A DNA stretch of 63,435 bases, the filler included, from Octopus bimaculoides (taxonomy: Eukaryota): NCBI RefSeq assembly GCF_001194135.2. It is 8 parts of 7 records of this genome, joined end to end, with 100 filler letters (N's around TTAATTAATTAA, not from the genome) between each part and the next. Parts side by side here need not be neighbours in the genome. Positions count along the whole stretch, not along the records: positions 1 to 23,437 come from NC_069010.1; 7 more parts are not named here. One strand, 5' to 3'. The translations under genes were made by a program, and so were the position numbers. Position 1 is the stretch's first letter. Each line of letters opens with the position of its first letter. The notes below the pieces were generated by a model. The model worked only from the letters and a program-made list of their open reading frames with translations. It was not told the origin of the DNA and did no database searches. This document shows, in pieces, positions 1 to 12,034 of this stretch.

Positions 1-81
1 ATATATATATATATATATAAAGGAGACCACTAGGTGGACTGTTAATGTGCTATATATATATATATATATACATACATACAT

Positions 82-136
<55 letters not shown>

Positions 137-420
137 CATATCTATATACATATATATACACATATACATATATATGTACATATATATACACATATACATA
201 TATATGTACATATATTTACATATATATATGCACACATATATAAGTAGATATATATACATCTATACACACTTATATATATACAAATACATACATACATACA
301 TACACCTACATACATACATTCATATATATATATATATGTGTGCGTGTGTATATATACACACAAACACATATATGCAGTCAAAATTTATATATTTATAAAC
401 AGTCTGTTATATACACTTTC
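1..420. repeat. (TA)n/(TACA)n/(CA)n compound microsatellite
   Basis: Directly visible; explains the IYIY/HTHT ORFs. Similar tracts recur across the window, often next to N gaps. Confidence 0.95.
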
Positions 421-684
421 CATTTATACACAAATATACATTCCTCTATATACAATCTTTAGTTTATACACAATCTACCATCATACAATATTCATTTTCT
501 TCTGTTGATATAGTCATCACCTATATAACATTATTCTGTTAATAAATACAATATAATTACAATATTCACTTATATATACATTCTTCTATTTATATAGCCT
601 CCACTTATGTACAGTCATCTATTTATACAGTCTCTTACCCATATATGCAGTTCTGTTTATATAACTTCTTTTTAAATACTGTCT

Positions 685-717
<33 letters not shown>

Positions 718-1865
718 NNNNNNNNNNNNNNNNNNNNNNNNNNNNNNNNNNNNNNNNNNNNNNNNNNNNNNNNNNNNNNNNNNNNNNNNNNNNNNNNNNN
801 NNNNNNNNNNNNNNNNNNNNNNNNNNNNNNNNNNNNNNNNNNNNNNNNNNNNNNNNNNNNNNNNNNNNNNNNNNNNNNNNNNNNNNNNNNNNNNNNNNNN
901 NNNNNNNNNNNNNNNNNNNNNNNNNNNNNNNNNNNNNNNNNNNNNNNNNNNNNNNNNNNNNNNNNNNNNNNNNNNNNNNNNNNNNNNNNNNNNNNNNNNN
1001 NNNNNNNNNNNNNNNNNNNNNNNNNNNNNNNNNNNNNNNNNNNNNNNNNNNNNNNNNNNNNNNNNNNNNNNNNNNNNNNNNNNNNNNNNNNNNNNNNNNN
1101 NNNNNNNNNNNNNNNNNNNNNNNNNNNNNNNNNNNNNNNNNNNNNNNNNNNNNNNNNNNNNNNNNNNNNNNNNNNNNNNNNNNNNNNNNNNNNNNNNNNN
1201 NNNNNNNNNNNNNNNNNNNNNNNNNNNNNNNNNNNNNNNNNNNNNNNNNNNNNNNNNNNNNNNNNNNNNNNNNNNNNNNNNNNNNNNNNNNNNNNNNNNN
1301 NNNNNNNNNNNNNNNNNNNNNNNNNNNNNNNNNNNNNNNNNNNNNNNNNNNNNNNNNNNNNNNNNNNNNNNNNNNNNNNNNNNNNNNNNNNNNNNNNNNN
1401 NNNNNNNNNNNNNNNNNNNNNNNNNNNNNNNNTATATATATATATACTTTTATATATACCTATTGTTTTAAGGGAATTTCATTCTTTAAAAATACCAGGT
1501 ATTGAACCAGTATTTCCTTGGATGCACCTGTCCCTTGACAAGGTTAACATATCCTCTAATTAAATTTATGTATGGTTAGAGCATCGGGCTCGCAATCGTG
1601 AGGTAGTGACTTTGATTCCCAAACCAGGCTGTGTGTTGTGTTCTTGTGTTGTTCAGTAGAAAAGAACTGCGACGTCACTGGTACCAAGCAGTATCGGACC
1701 CTTTGCCTTTCTTTTGGATAACATCAGTGGCATGGAGAGGGGAGGTTGGTATGCATAGGCAATTGATGGTCTTGCATAAACAACCTTCACCTGGGTGCAA
1801 TTCTATGGTCATTCATGACCAAAAGGGGTCTCTACCCTTTTTACTTATATATATGTGTGTATATA

Positions 1866-3040
1866 TAGGGTGCAATGGGTAAATTGTTGCCGTTTCATAT
1901 TTTTAATTTCGCGCATGTGCCTCGTTTGTTTTTGATTTTGTCGACTACACAGTATAGTAGGATCACTTGGACACCGTCTGTGAGGAAAAACTGCACCATG
2001 ATGCAATTCACTCTGCCAGAAATTTGGAATTGGCATGCTGTATTGCTTGGCATTTACACCAGAAGCTCCAATACGAACATTTCAAAATGTTTGGGTGTCA
2101 ATTTGAGGACAGTGCAGAGGATTCAGAAAGAGTTGGATGAGTCTAACAGTGATTACGAAGGTACAGCAGCTTGAGGAACTCACTCTGGCCATTCTGATAA
2201 GAAAACAAGCTCCTGAATTTGTTGGTGAGATCCAAGCCATGATTGACAACAATCCCTCCAAGTCAGCCAGGTCCATAACCAGGGACATGGGAGTGTCTGA
2301 GTTTTGTATTAGGTACGTAGTGCATGAAGACATTCGGTATTCCTCATACAAGATGAGAAAGGGCCAAGGATAGACTGTGCTATGAAGCTTTTGAACAAAC
2401 TCAAGCATCCCCTCCAACCGAACATGCTTTGGTTTTTCTCACACGAGAAAAATTTCTGCCAAGGTCAAATGGAGAACACACAGAACAACCATTGGCTTGC
2501 CGTGTCCCCAAAACATGTATCGAGAATGATGAAAATCAAACATCCAGTTAACATCAAGGCGTTTGGAGTGATCTCTAGTGATGGCAACGTTATGCCTCCA
2601 TTCATCTTCCTACATGGCCTCAGACTCAACTCAGAGGCCTACATCAAGTGCCAGGTGGAGGCAGTGCTGCCCTGAGTCAGGAGGGTGGCTGCTGTGAGAC
2701 CCTATGTCTAACAACAGGACACTTCGCCATGCCGCACAAGCAGGAGAACCCAGTCGTGGCTATCAGACAATTTCTGCGACCACACCACCCCTAACATCTG
2801 GCCACCTAACTCCCCGGACTGCCACCCCGTTGATTATTACGTGTGAGGCACAGTTGAACGAGAGACCAACAACACTCCTTGTAACACCTAAAGCGAACTG
2901 AAGACATGTTGCAGGAGATTCCGAAGTTGTCTGGAGGCCGTGGTTGAAGCCAATGGCGATTTTATTGAATAAATTTACTATTTACTATTTCAAGATATTT
3001 TTATGTAATTTTGGTAAATATATTTATTAAAAGGAGATGT
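1866..3040 (+). mobile_element. Degenerate Tc1/mariner transposon, DD37D (maT) type
   Basis: Left TIR-like TA|TAGGGTGCAATGGGTAAATTGTTGCCG at 1866. HTH-like segment NISKCLGVNLRTVQRIQKEL. Catalytic region WFFS(H)EK ... QQD(2718) + 37 aa + D in WPPNSPDCHPVDYY. Stops at 2673 and 2709, frameshifts, first Asp changed to His, no right TIR seen. Confidence 0.9.
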
Positions 3041-3961
3041 CAATGACTAAAAATTCTTCAAGGTGGTGCCCCAGCATGGCCGCAGTCTAATGACTGAAAC
3101 AAGCAAAGGGTAAGATGTACAAAGATATGAATATTTTAGGATATCAAAATTTACAGTGATTACTTCCCTTTGTCCATTAATTTTTTCCTCTCATCCCATT
3201 TTGGTTCCATATAAAATCTTTGGCAAAATTCTGCTTTAAGTACCCCGTATGACCCCTCCACCTCATAAGGTTTTTTTTTTATTTTTTATTTTTGGAACTT
3301 TCAGAAAATTCTTGTGAATTTGTGATCTATACACTGGAATTCATACAATTATNNNNNNNNNNNNNNNNNNNNNNNNNNNNNNNNNNNNNNNNNNNNNNNN
3401 NNNNNNNNNNNNNNNNNNNNNNNNNNNNNNNNNNNNNNNNNNNNNNNNNNNNNNNNNNNNNNNNNNNNNNNNNNNNNNNNNNNNNNNNNNNNNNNNNNNN
3501 NNNNNNNNNNNNNNNNNNNNNNNNNNNNNNNNNNNNNNNNNNNNNNNNNNNNNNNNNNNNNNNNNNNNNNNNNNNNNNNNNNNNNNNNNNNNNNNNNNNN
3601 NNNNNNNNNNNNNNNNNNNNNNNNNNNNNNNNNNNNNNNNNNNNNNNNNNNNNNNNNNNNNNNNNNNNNNNNNNNNNNNNNNNNNNNNNNNNNNNNNNNN
3701 NNNNGTTTAAAAGAGTTCCAACACTGTCTGTTTTTTTATGTTTTATTTATATTCCTGCAAAACCAATGTGGGATATAGAATATGGAATATACAATATATA
3801 ATATAAAATAAAAATGGATGGTACAATGAAATAAAGTATTGAATGTCTTATTGAATATATGGAATATGTCTTATTGAATAGATGAAATATTGAGTGTTCA
3901 ATATAAAGGATTAAATATATAAAGGCGAATACGTATTTTCTATACCTTGTGGTATTTCAGG

Positions 3962-4255
3962 CAGTGGCGGACTGGATCTAAAAATATTGGCTGCCAGGAG
4001 ACTAAGGGGGCCCACACACACCCACAACTACAAACAATGCTATAATTTAATTTTTCTTTTTTTTTTGTTATAAGTATTCTTTCCAACTGTCGACAAACAC
4101 AGCCAGTCTGAAATAATTAATACATTCTTCCAGGAATGAATTTTAAAATTCTCAATCTTAAGGGGATACTAACATAGGCCCCCGTATCCGAATTCTAATG
4201 GTGCAGGAGCCCACTTGCCATCGGACAAGCTGGCAACCTGGACAGTCCGCCACTG
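3962..4255. mobile_element. hAT-like MITE (294 bp)
   Basis: Perfect 13-bp TIRs CAGTGGCGGACTG (3962-3974) / CAGTCCGCCACTG (4243-4255). Degenerate 8-bp flanks ATTTCAGG / CATACAGG. Subterminal GGGCCC-like boxes. Confidence 0.75.
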
Positions 4256-4337
4256 CATACAGGGTGTCCCAGAATTAGCTTTTTATTTGAACGAAATTGG
4301 ACAAATTTTAAATAAACTAAGACACTCCATCGAAGAA

Positions 4338-4373
4338 TATCTGAAGAAGGAATTGTAATTCCGAAATATCATC
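4338..4373 (+). ncRNA. Minimal type I hammerhead ribozyme motif (Penelope-type repeat end), weak stem I
   Basis: CUGAAGA-A-GGAAUU(GU)AAUUCC-GAAAU-AUC|AUC. Only 2 bp of stem I in this copy. Lies in a ~150-bp repeat also present at ~8530-8675. Confidence 0.55.
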
Positions 4374-6499
4374 GGACTATAGATAACCAAATTACAACAG
4401 GTATATAGTCTATTTTTTGTTCTATAGTGCATTGTTGTACCATTCAAAACTTTCTATTCTTTACTGAATTATATGTTTATTATTTGATTATCATACCAAA
4501 ACAAAATAGATTTATAAATTTTACATCAAAACTTTATTGAAAATTTTCAACATGGGCTCCATCTGTATCCCTGCAAATGTCAAATCTATCCNNNNNNNNN
4601 NNNNNNNNNNNNNNNNNNNNNNNNNNNNNNNNNNNNNNNNNNNNNNNNNNNNNNNNNNNNNNNNNNNNNNNNNNNNNNNNNNNNNNNNNNNNNNNNNNNN
4701 NNNNNNNNNNNNNNNNNNNNNNNNNNNNNNNNNNNNNNNNNNNNNNNNNNNNNNNNNNNNNNNNNNNNNNNNNNNNNNNNNNNNNNNNNNNNNNNNNNNN
4801 NNNNNNNNNNNNNNNNNNNNNNNNNNNNNNNNNNNNNNNNNNNNNNNNNNNNNNNNNNNNNNNNNNNNNNNNNNNNNNNNNNNNNNNNNNNNNNNNNNNN
4901 NNNNNNNNNNNNNNNNNNNNNNNNNNNNNNNNNNNNNNNNNNNNNNNNNNNNNNNNNNNNNNNNNNNNNNNNNNNNNNNNNNNNNNNNNNNNNNNNNNNN
5001 NNNNNNNNNNNNNNNNNNNNNNNNNNNNNNNNNNNNNNNNNNNNNNNNNNNNNNNNNNNNNNNNNNNNNNNNNNNNNNNNNNNNNNNNNNNNNNNNNNNN
5101 NNNNNNNNNNNNNNNNNNNNNNNNNNNNNNNNNNNNNNNNNNNNNNNNNNNNNNNNNNNNNNNNNNNNNNNNNNNNNNNNNNNNNNNCATTCGAGCATGG
5201 TCAATGCCAGTGGCACATAAAATGCACATAAAATGTATAGGGTTGCCCAAAAGTAGGGTTACATTTATCATGTCAGCACTTCAAATTTCTTTGTATGTTT
5301 GTATGCCTGTGTTTGTCCGCCAAACATCGCTTGACATAGCAGTTCGGCAAAAAGAGACCGATAGAATAAGTACTAGGCTTACAAAGAATAAGTCCTGGAT
5401 CGATTTGCTCGACTAAAAAAAAAAAAGGTGGTGCTCCAGCATGGCCGCAGTCAAATGACTGAAACAAGTAAAAGAGGGACGCTGGTCGATCGCGGAATTA
5501 CTCCTTTTTGCTAGCTGAATGAACTGGAATAACATGAAACGAAGTGTTTTGCTCAAGAATACAACGCATCGCCCAGCCCAGGAATCGAAACCACTATCTT
5601 ACTATCTCGAGTGCAACGCTTTACCGACTAAGCCACGCGCCTCCACAATGACGACGATGGTGGTGGTGGTGGTGGTGGTAATAATGGTGATGCAAAGGAT
5701 CAAGTTTCGAAACCGTAATGTTGGCAAAAATTTTCAAATGTTTACTTGTGGGGAAACGTATGAACATAAATCTACACATTATTGCTCTAGTGTTCTTCCG
5801 TAGTAAACACCCGCACAGTGAACACGCTGTAAATTTAAACACGTTTTATTTCGGAATTTAATTATTCATTATATATACGAGGGATTTAATTAAATTTTCC
5901 CCTAATTTAAGATAACAAGCAATTAGTTTATTCGTTTAATTTTTTTTTTTCATCCGTTAAGATTAAAGCTTCAAGTTATTTATCATTTCTGCTTATCGTC
6001 TGCCGGGTTTCCAGGACGTCTGTCTATTTATAAAGGAGGAAGTGGGGGGAAAAGAAGCGTATATTATTAAGTGCGTTTCACTTATACTTCCGCTTTCGCT
6101 AACGTGTCTATTTTTTAAATTTATTTTTATTTTAAAAAATTACAAGAACCAAATGTTTTAAATAAAAAAAAAGAAACATTATTTGTGCTGTTTACGATTC
6201 ATGCCGAGCATCACTAACAACTTTTTGAAAAAGCGGCATGAACGACGACGCTCACAGTCTTAATTTATGTCCCGTCATTTTGAAATATTTTACTCCTTTT
6301 GCTTAATTTATTTAAATTTTAATTTGTCCAGTTGCTTATTTAATTTTACATGCACATATATTATGGTATTTAATCTATCTTTATTTCATGTTTACAACAC
6401 CGTGATGGAGTGACGCGTTGCGTTTCATTAACTGCAGAGTATATACATCCACCGGCTGTGTCACTAACACTGCTCTTCCTCCTACTCCCATTTATTACC

Positions 6500-6690
6500 C
6501 TCCTCCTTCATCATCATTATCATCATCATCATCATCATCTTTTCTACTTCCAATTCTTCTTCTTCTTTCTCTTTTCTTTCTTCTTCTTTCTTTTTCTTCT
6601 TTCTTTCTCTTTTCTTTCTTTCTTTTTCTTCGTCTTTCTTTCTCTTTTCTTTCTTCTTCTTCTTCTTCTTCTTCTCCTCTTCCTTCCAAA
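6500..6690. repeat. (TCA)n/(TTC)n pyrimidine-rich simple repeat
   Basis: Directly visible; source of the poly-S/F/K/E ORFs. Confidence 0.9.
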
Positions 6691-6779
6691 GCTTCTCTAG
6701 CTCTCTTTCTCTCTCCACACACTCACCTTTACATACCATTTTCTTTCATCCGTCTTTCTCAAGAAACTACAGTCTAATC

Positions 6780-7100
6780 TAGCTTGTAAACGGGGGCCAC
6801 AATGCGGTACAGCACACCAAGCTGTAAATAGTTGCCACAGTGAGGTTCAGTCTACCCAGCTGTATACAGGTGCCACAGTGAGCTAACTGATCCCTCGCTA
6901 GTGACCAGAAGGGGGGATGGGGCCGTCCACTCAGCCAATATGCTGCTATGGGTGCCACTGGACGACGGACTCTAGTGATGATGTTATTCCACCCTTTCCA
7001 ATCCATGGTGCTGGCCTTAGCGTGTTTAAGGTTGAGGTGCTGTGACATCAGGTCTTCCTCAATTTGTTTCACCCATGTCTTCTTTGGTAGTGGAAGTGCG
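6780..7100 (-). mobile_element. 3' fragment of an RTE-like LINE ORF2
   Basis: Minus-strand translation PKKTWVKQIEEDLMSQHLNLKHAKASTMDWKGW resembles the GRPxxTW...DRxxW C-terminus of RTE-type ORF2. Confidence 0.55.
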
Positions 7101-7582
7101 TAGCTTAGTGGTTATGGTGTTGGACTCATAACTGTAAGATTGTGGTTTCGATTCCTGGATCAGGTGAAATAATGATGATGATGATAATAATAATAATAAT
7201 AATAATAATAACATTAATAATAATAACAAGACCACTCAGAGAACGCAAACCTCTGCCAAGGCATCACCAACGTTTTCTCAATGATTAACCAGGGATGATT
7301 TTTAAAATGAAAATATCTGAAATAAACTTGACTGCTCTCACAAACGAGAATACTAAAAATGAACCCCACCACTCTCAAAAATTAAGTTAAAAAAGGCAGA
7401 AAAATAATCCAGAATCCTTATCTGGTACCAGATCAATCCCAAAATCTAATTAGTTCATGCCAGTCACGAGGCCAAACATCCCTGAAAGTTTCATCCGAAT
7501 CTATCCAACGGTTCTTGAGATAATTGACTCATCCCCTCCCCCAAAATTGCTGCCCTTGTGACATAATTTGAAACCCTTAAAA

Positions 7583-7985
7583 GGGGTGAGCTGGCAGAAT
7601 TGTTAGCACACCAGGCGAAATGCTTTGTGGTATTTTGTCTGCTGCTATGTTCCACCAAGGTTGACTTTGCCTTTCATCCTTTTGGGATTGATTAAATAAG
7701 AGCCAGTTATGCACTGGGGTCGATATAATCGACTTAATCCATTTGTCTGTCCTTGTTTGTCCCCGCTATGTGTAGCCCCTTGTGGGCAGTAAAGAAATAA
7801 GAATTGTTAATACACCAGGTGAGATGCTTTGTGGTATTTTGTCTGCTGCTATTTTCCACCAAGGTTGACTTTGCCTTTCATCCTTCCGGGATTGATTAAA
7901 TAAGTACCAGTTATGCACTGGGGTTGATTTAATTGACTTAATCCCCTCCCCCAAGCTGCCCTTGTACCAAAAATTTGAAATCATT
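7583..7985 (+). mobile_element. Two tandem, CpG-decayed tRNA-derived SINE copies (family with GAGCTGGCAGAATCGTTAGCA head)
   Basis: Share the GCCTTTCATCCTTT..GG..GAT.AAATAAGTACCAG core with copies at 9558-9720, 10465-10660, 19990-20200, 41630-41830(-), 56940-57370(-). Confidence 0.8.
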
Positions 7986-8548
7986 ATTAGTCTGTCTGTC
8001 ATTAACAATGACCATGGTCATCACATGAGAGAAGACGGGGTATGTGTCTGGCTGTAGCCAATCAGTTTGATGCAGGCTCAGAAGGCTCTGCTGTAGGTTG
8101 GGCATTGGTGGTCTGTTGGGACAGAAGGTAAGGAGATGGCTTTAGAGCAGTACTCTGCAAACTTTTTTTTTTTTTACTTATGGTACACTTATATTCTTTT
8201 TAAAATTCACCAGATCAAATTCTAATATAATTTTAACTTGCACCATCTGGAGGAATTTCAACCATGTTTTGTGGTCTGCTACCACAACAGCTCCTTTATA
8301 GGATCCAGTTAGCTCAAGACATCATCAGGAGGAACCACGTCCGGTTTCGGCCCCTACTCCTCTACCGTTTTGACGTGGCGGGGCACCCCCTTTCGGAGGT
8401 GTCTTCAGCTCTGGTGTTGGGTGCATGTCTTCTTTCACTGTTTGTGACTGTTCTAATTCAACTGTGGAATGTAGCAAATTTGTAGGTATTTGTAGCAAAT
8501 TTAGATAAGAAAGAAATATCCTGTATTTAAATAGACTCCAGCAAAGAA

Positions 8549-8584
8549 GATTTGAAGAAGGAATTGTAATTCCGAAATATCATC
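8549..8584 (+). ncRNA. Minimal type I hammerhead ribozyme motif, C3U variant
   Basis: GAU-UUGAAGA-A-GGAAUU(GU)AAUUCC-GAAAU-AUC|AUC; 3-bp stem I GAU/AUC. Paralog of 4338-4373. Confidence 0.5.
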
Positions 8585-8959
8585 GGACTATGGATAATCA
8601 AATTACAACAGGTATATAGTCCATTTTTTGTTCTATAGTGCATTGTTATACCATTCTAAACTTTTTATTCTTTATAAACAATATACAATGCTTCAAGCGA
8701 ACTACAATACTCTTTTTTTTTTTTAGTGTTACGAGAAAACAAAGTTAGGATAGGGCACAAATGTGTAGGTATGCCTTATAAATGGAGTATTTATTTACAA
8801 ATGTTTTGTAATAAATCCACTTGCATCAGAGAACAGCCAAAGACTGTGTACCATAAAAAAAAATTACTGGAAATGCTAAACAAATGAACCACGATAGCAG
8901 CAATAAATCATTATCCTTCTGGTCTACCGTAGTTTTCTCTATTCCTACAGCGAAGCCGA

Positions 8960-9090
8960 ACCTCGAACTACAACTTCCGGGGACAACTTTTCGGCCATCT
9001 TTGACGACGGCTGTCGTTTATAATAAAGCTTCCTCTCTCTATTTCTCTCTTATAGGCTGTCCCTCTCTCAACGTGTCTTACGTGGCATTA
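8960..9090 (+). promoter_or_regulatory. Putative TMED2 proximal promoter
   Basis: CpG-rich patch upstream of ATG 9241. ACTACAACTTCC (ZNF143/THAP11-like, 8967-8978) overlaps ETS ACTTCCGG (8973-8980); YY1-like GCCATCTT (8994-9001); ACGTGGC (9080-9086). Motif matches only. Confidence 0.55.
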
Positions 9091-9240
9091 GCTGCAAGAA
9101 TCTATCTTGTTCCTTGTTTCCGCCATCACCTCCCCCCCATTTCTTTTCCTGCTCTCTCTCATAACGATCAGCAATTGGCCTGCCAACCATTTGACCGTTT
9201 CACGTTCTAGTCCAGCTGATCTTGGCTCAATAATTCAACC

Positions 9241-9429
9241 ATGGATACTCTCTTCTCCTACCTGTTTGTGTTGTCACTTACGGTCTTTCTACCGCAGTCA
9301 ACACTCGGTTATTTCGTCAACATTGACGCCCATGCCGAAGAATGCTTCTTTGACAAAGTAGCGTCCGGCACCAAGATGAGTCTCATGTTTGAGGTGGCCG
9401 AAGGCGGATTCTTGGACATCGATGTCAAG
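9241..9429 (+). CDS. TMED2: Transmembrane emp24 domain protein 2 (p24beta), exon 1
   Basis: [23 protein letters not shown] (signal peptide) + [40 protein letters not shown], the TMED2 GOLD start. Donor GTAAAC at 9430, phase 0. Confidence 0.97.
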
Positions 9430-10705
9430 GTAAACTATATCACATTCTTCCTCTGTCTCTGAGTATTTATATATATATACATGCTTTTCTCTATTTGTGA
9501 TCTCTCTGTAGTTGTCATTAAGCACTTCTTATAACAAGCAGAATATTATTATTATGGAGGCGATCTGGTTGGATCGTTAGATCACCGGGCAAAATACTTA
9601 GCGGCATTTCTTCCGATTACATTCTAAGTTCAAATCCTGCCGAGGTCGACTTTGCTTTTCCTCCTTTCGGGGTCAGTAAAATAAGCACCAGTCTATGTAT
9701 GATCGACAAGCCCTGTTTCCATAAAATGAACCGACAGTAGAAAACAAATTATGAAGGCCACGAGCTTGGTCAGTCTTTATATTGACCGAACAGAATCGTT
9801 GGTGCGTCGAACAAAATTGCTTAACGGCATTTCTTCCCATCTCTTTTACATTCTATATTCGAATAGCACCGAGGTCAACTTCATCTGACATCGTTTTGGT
9901 AGTCGATAAAATATCAGTTTAACACCGGGGTCGATGTTATGGACTAACCCCCTCCCCTCAAAATTGCCTGATTTGTGCCAACATTTCAACCCATTATTAT
10001 TACTGATCTGGTTCTGAACCGGGGTCCATATGGCCCTCGGAAGTCACTAATAAGACTTCGCTACTTCTGATTTCGCGAAATATTTTTTAACAAATACATG
10101 ATTTTTTGTAAAACATCGAATAGTTAGGAGGATTCCATCAGAGTAAAATAGAAATCGAAGGGATCCATAGGGAAAAGAAAATACAAGATGATTGAGAAAC
10201 ACTTGAGAGTGTCAGACAAAATGCTTTGCAACATATGTTCTGTATCTTTACGTTCGTGGTTCGATTCCCGTTGAGGTCAAATTTGTCTTTCATTCTTCCT
10301 GCATCGGGAAAATAATACTAAATAAAAGGCACTACTTAAATACAGAGGCCCCGATGCATCTACATAACGATATAAAGGGGAGAGTTAGTTTTTAGGGTTA
10401 CAGTATCTCTGTAGTTGTCATTAAACACTTAGAACAAGCAGAATATTATTATTATTATTATTATGGAGGCGTGCTGGTAGGATCGTTAGGGTGCCGGACA
10501 AAATACTTAGCGGCATTTCTTCCGACTCTGTTACATTCTGAGTTCAAATCTTGCTGAGTTCAACTTTGCTTTTTCGTCCTCCCGGGGTCAGTAAAACGAG
10601 CACCAGTCGTGCATTTGGGTCTATACTCGACAAGCCCCATTTCCACAAAACGATCCGACACTAGACAAATTATTATGAAGGCCTTACACGTCCACACAGC
10701 GTACA

Positions 10706-10750
<45 letters not shown>

Positions 10751-11630
10751 GACTCCTCTACCAAAGAGATGAATGGACAAGGTCGAATTTAAATCGCAAA
10801 GAGTTCAAATCCTGCCTGAGTCAATTTTGCCTTTTATCCTTTCAGGGTGGTTAAAATAAAGTACCAGTTNNNNNNNNNNNNNNNNNNNNNNNNNNNNNNN
10901 NNNNNNNNNNNNNNNNNNNNNNNNNNNNCCCGATGCGAAAAAATTGTTTGCCTTGTGCCTAAATCGGAAATATTATATGTGTATGTGTGTATATATAGAT
11001 ATGTATGTATGTATATATGTATGTATGTGTGTATATATAATGTATGTATGTGTATATATATAATGTATGTATATATATATATATGTTTATATGTATGTAT
11101 ATATATATATATATATATATATAAAAACAAATAGTAAATGAGTATATGCATATATACGTACAGGTATGTGCATACCGACATCCACCTGTATGTATAGGTG
11201 CATATCTGGGTACAGGACATTGCAAACAAAACGTAGACGAGAAAACACACAAGCCACATAGAGAACATTCTTCTTCATCAGCTACCCCCGTTTTAACACC
11301 GGCGTTTCGAATATATGTATATATATATATGTAAATGTGTAGGTGGGTGCATTTGTTCTTAACTTTGTTTTGTGAGAATTCTTGGTGTGAAATCATGTGT
11401 TTGAAACATTCGTATCTCGGGAGTGTCTGTCTGTGTGTCTCCCCCCACCCCCACCCCCCTTGTACGTGCATAGTTACTGACCAAAATGACTTGGTGATCG
11501 TGGCTGCATTTTCTTTCATTTTCCAACCCCTCGTTTTTGTGTTCCCTAAAGCAAAATTTCCTGGATGCCTCTTTCTTTTGTTTATCCACTCACCTCTGTG
11601 TGTGTGTGTGCGTGTATATAAATATATATA

Positions 11631-12034
11631 CGAAGAGGTGCTGAAAAGTTCCTGGCTTTTGGGTAAAAGAAAATACAGAAGGATAATTTAATAATGATTT
11701 TAATCAACATATTCCTGTTTCAGATTCACACACTTACTGCAGCAGTCGTATACTATTAATGACATCAGGTAGCCGAATGCTGTGGAGGGGCTTTAGATGG
11801 CATACTACAAGGTGTGCGAAGGGGTGCTGGAAAGCCTCTTGCTTTAAGGGTATCATGAAAGGCCTGGTTGGAGGCCCAACCTTCTGACTTCTTTTACAAG
11901 GCTTAAAAAAACTGAAGGACCGCTGCTATTAGTCTGTGAATCTGAAAGGGGAATTATGTAGAATAAAATCGTAATTAACTGATCCTCCTGTATTTTCTTT
12001 AACCCAAAGTCAGGAAATTTTCTACACTCCCTCA
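11631..12034. mobile_element. mariner-type MITE
   Basis: TA|CGAAGAGGTGCTGAAAAGTTCCTGGCTTTTGGGTAAAAGAAAATACAG on the left; imperfect inverted copy ending CTCCCTCA|TA at 12034. Confidence 0.75.

Noticed and set aside
45-1505. Many long ORFs rich in IYIY, HTHT, CVCV or X
   Set aside because: Translations of microsatellites and N gaps; this applies to most of the ORF track.
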